Assembly (NCBI RefSeq): GCF_042660085.1
Contig: NZ_JBHSTI010000065.1
Coordinates: 1 to 15,285, forward strand
Source of the DNA: Longivirga aurantiaca
GTDB taxonomy: Bacteria > Actinomycetota > Actinomycetes > S36-B12 > CAIYMF01
Length of the DNA: 15,285 nucleotides
Reading direction: 5' to 3'
Below are positions 15,278 to 15,285 of this stretch, one piece after another; position 1 is the first letter of the stretch, and every line of letters begins with the position of its first letter. The notes below the pieces were generated by a model that searched no databases, was not told where the DNA came from, and saw nothing but the letters and a program-made list of their open reading frames with translations. A program made the position numbers and the translations under genes.

Positions 15278-15285
15278 CCGGGAAC

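Noticed and set aside
1-15285. Search by eye for CRISPR repeats, tRNA/rRNA genes, IS or transposon terminal repeats, integrase/recombinase genes, toxin-antitoxin pairs and known defence-system gene signatures.
   Set aside because: Nothing was found: no regularly spaced repeat array, no T-loop/acceptor-stem pattern, no DDE/tyrosine/serine recombinase motifs, and no nuclease/helicase/NTPase defence-type ORFs. The window therefore gives no support for a mobile element or a phage-defence island.

Overview
High-GC, actinobacterial-type chromosomal DNA. I support 13 protein-coding genes; third-codon-position G/C is near saturation in the real frames. Most long ORFs in the supplied track are Arg/Ala/Pro-rich shadow frames. 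In order: a long FadE5-like acyl-CoA dehydrogenase (-); a translationally coupled ABC-2 exporter, ATPase plus 12-TM-type permease (-); rsgA (+); a GlxA-type DJ-1/PfpI-AraC regulator (-), divergent from a 56-codon single-TM ORF that is absent from the ORF track (+); a 698-aa secreted multidomain protein of unknown function (+), convergent with a secreted S8 subtilisin-like protease (-); a small 3-TM membrane protein (-); a class I SAM methyltransferase (+); a TetR regulator (-), divergent from a mycothiol-dependent (MDMPI/DinB-like) enzyme (+); and a VOC/glyoxalase-family protein (+). I saw no rRNA, tRNA, CRISPR array, transposase, integrase or recognisable defence-system genes, so most of the window looks like ordinary core or accessory metabolism. 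The most unusual locus is the convergent secreted-protein / S8-protease pair (7.2-11.6 kb). It has a long, lower-GC, repeat-containing leader. An exact 10-mer, ACACAGAGTG, is present upstream of both genes in the same orientation relative to each gene, which suggests co-regulation. Several intergenic regions carry clear palindromic operator-like sites or strong hairpins. All functional calls rest on motif recognition by eye, with no database search.
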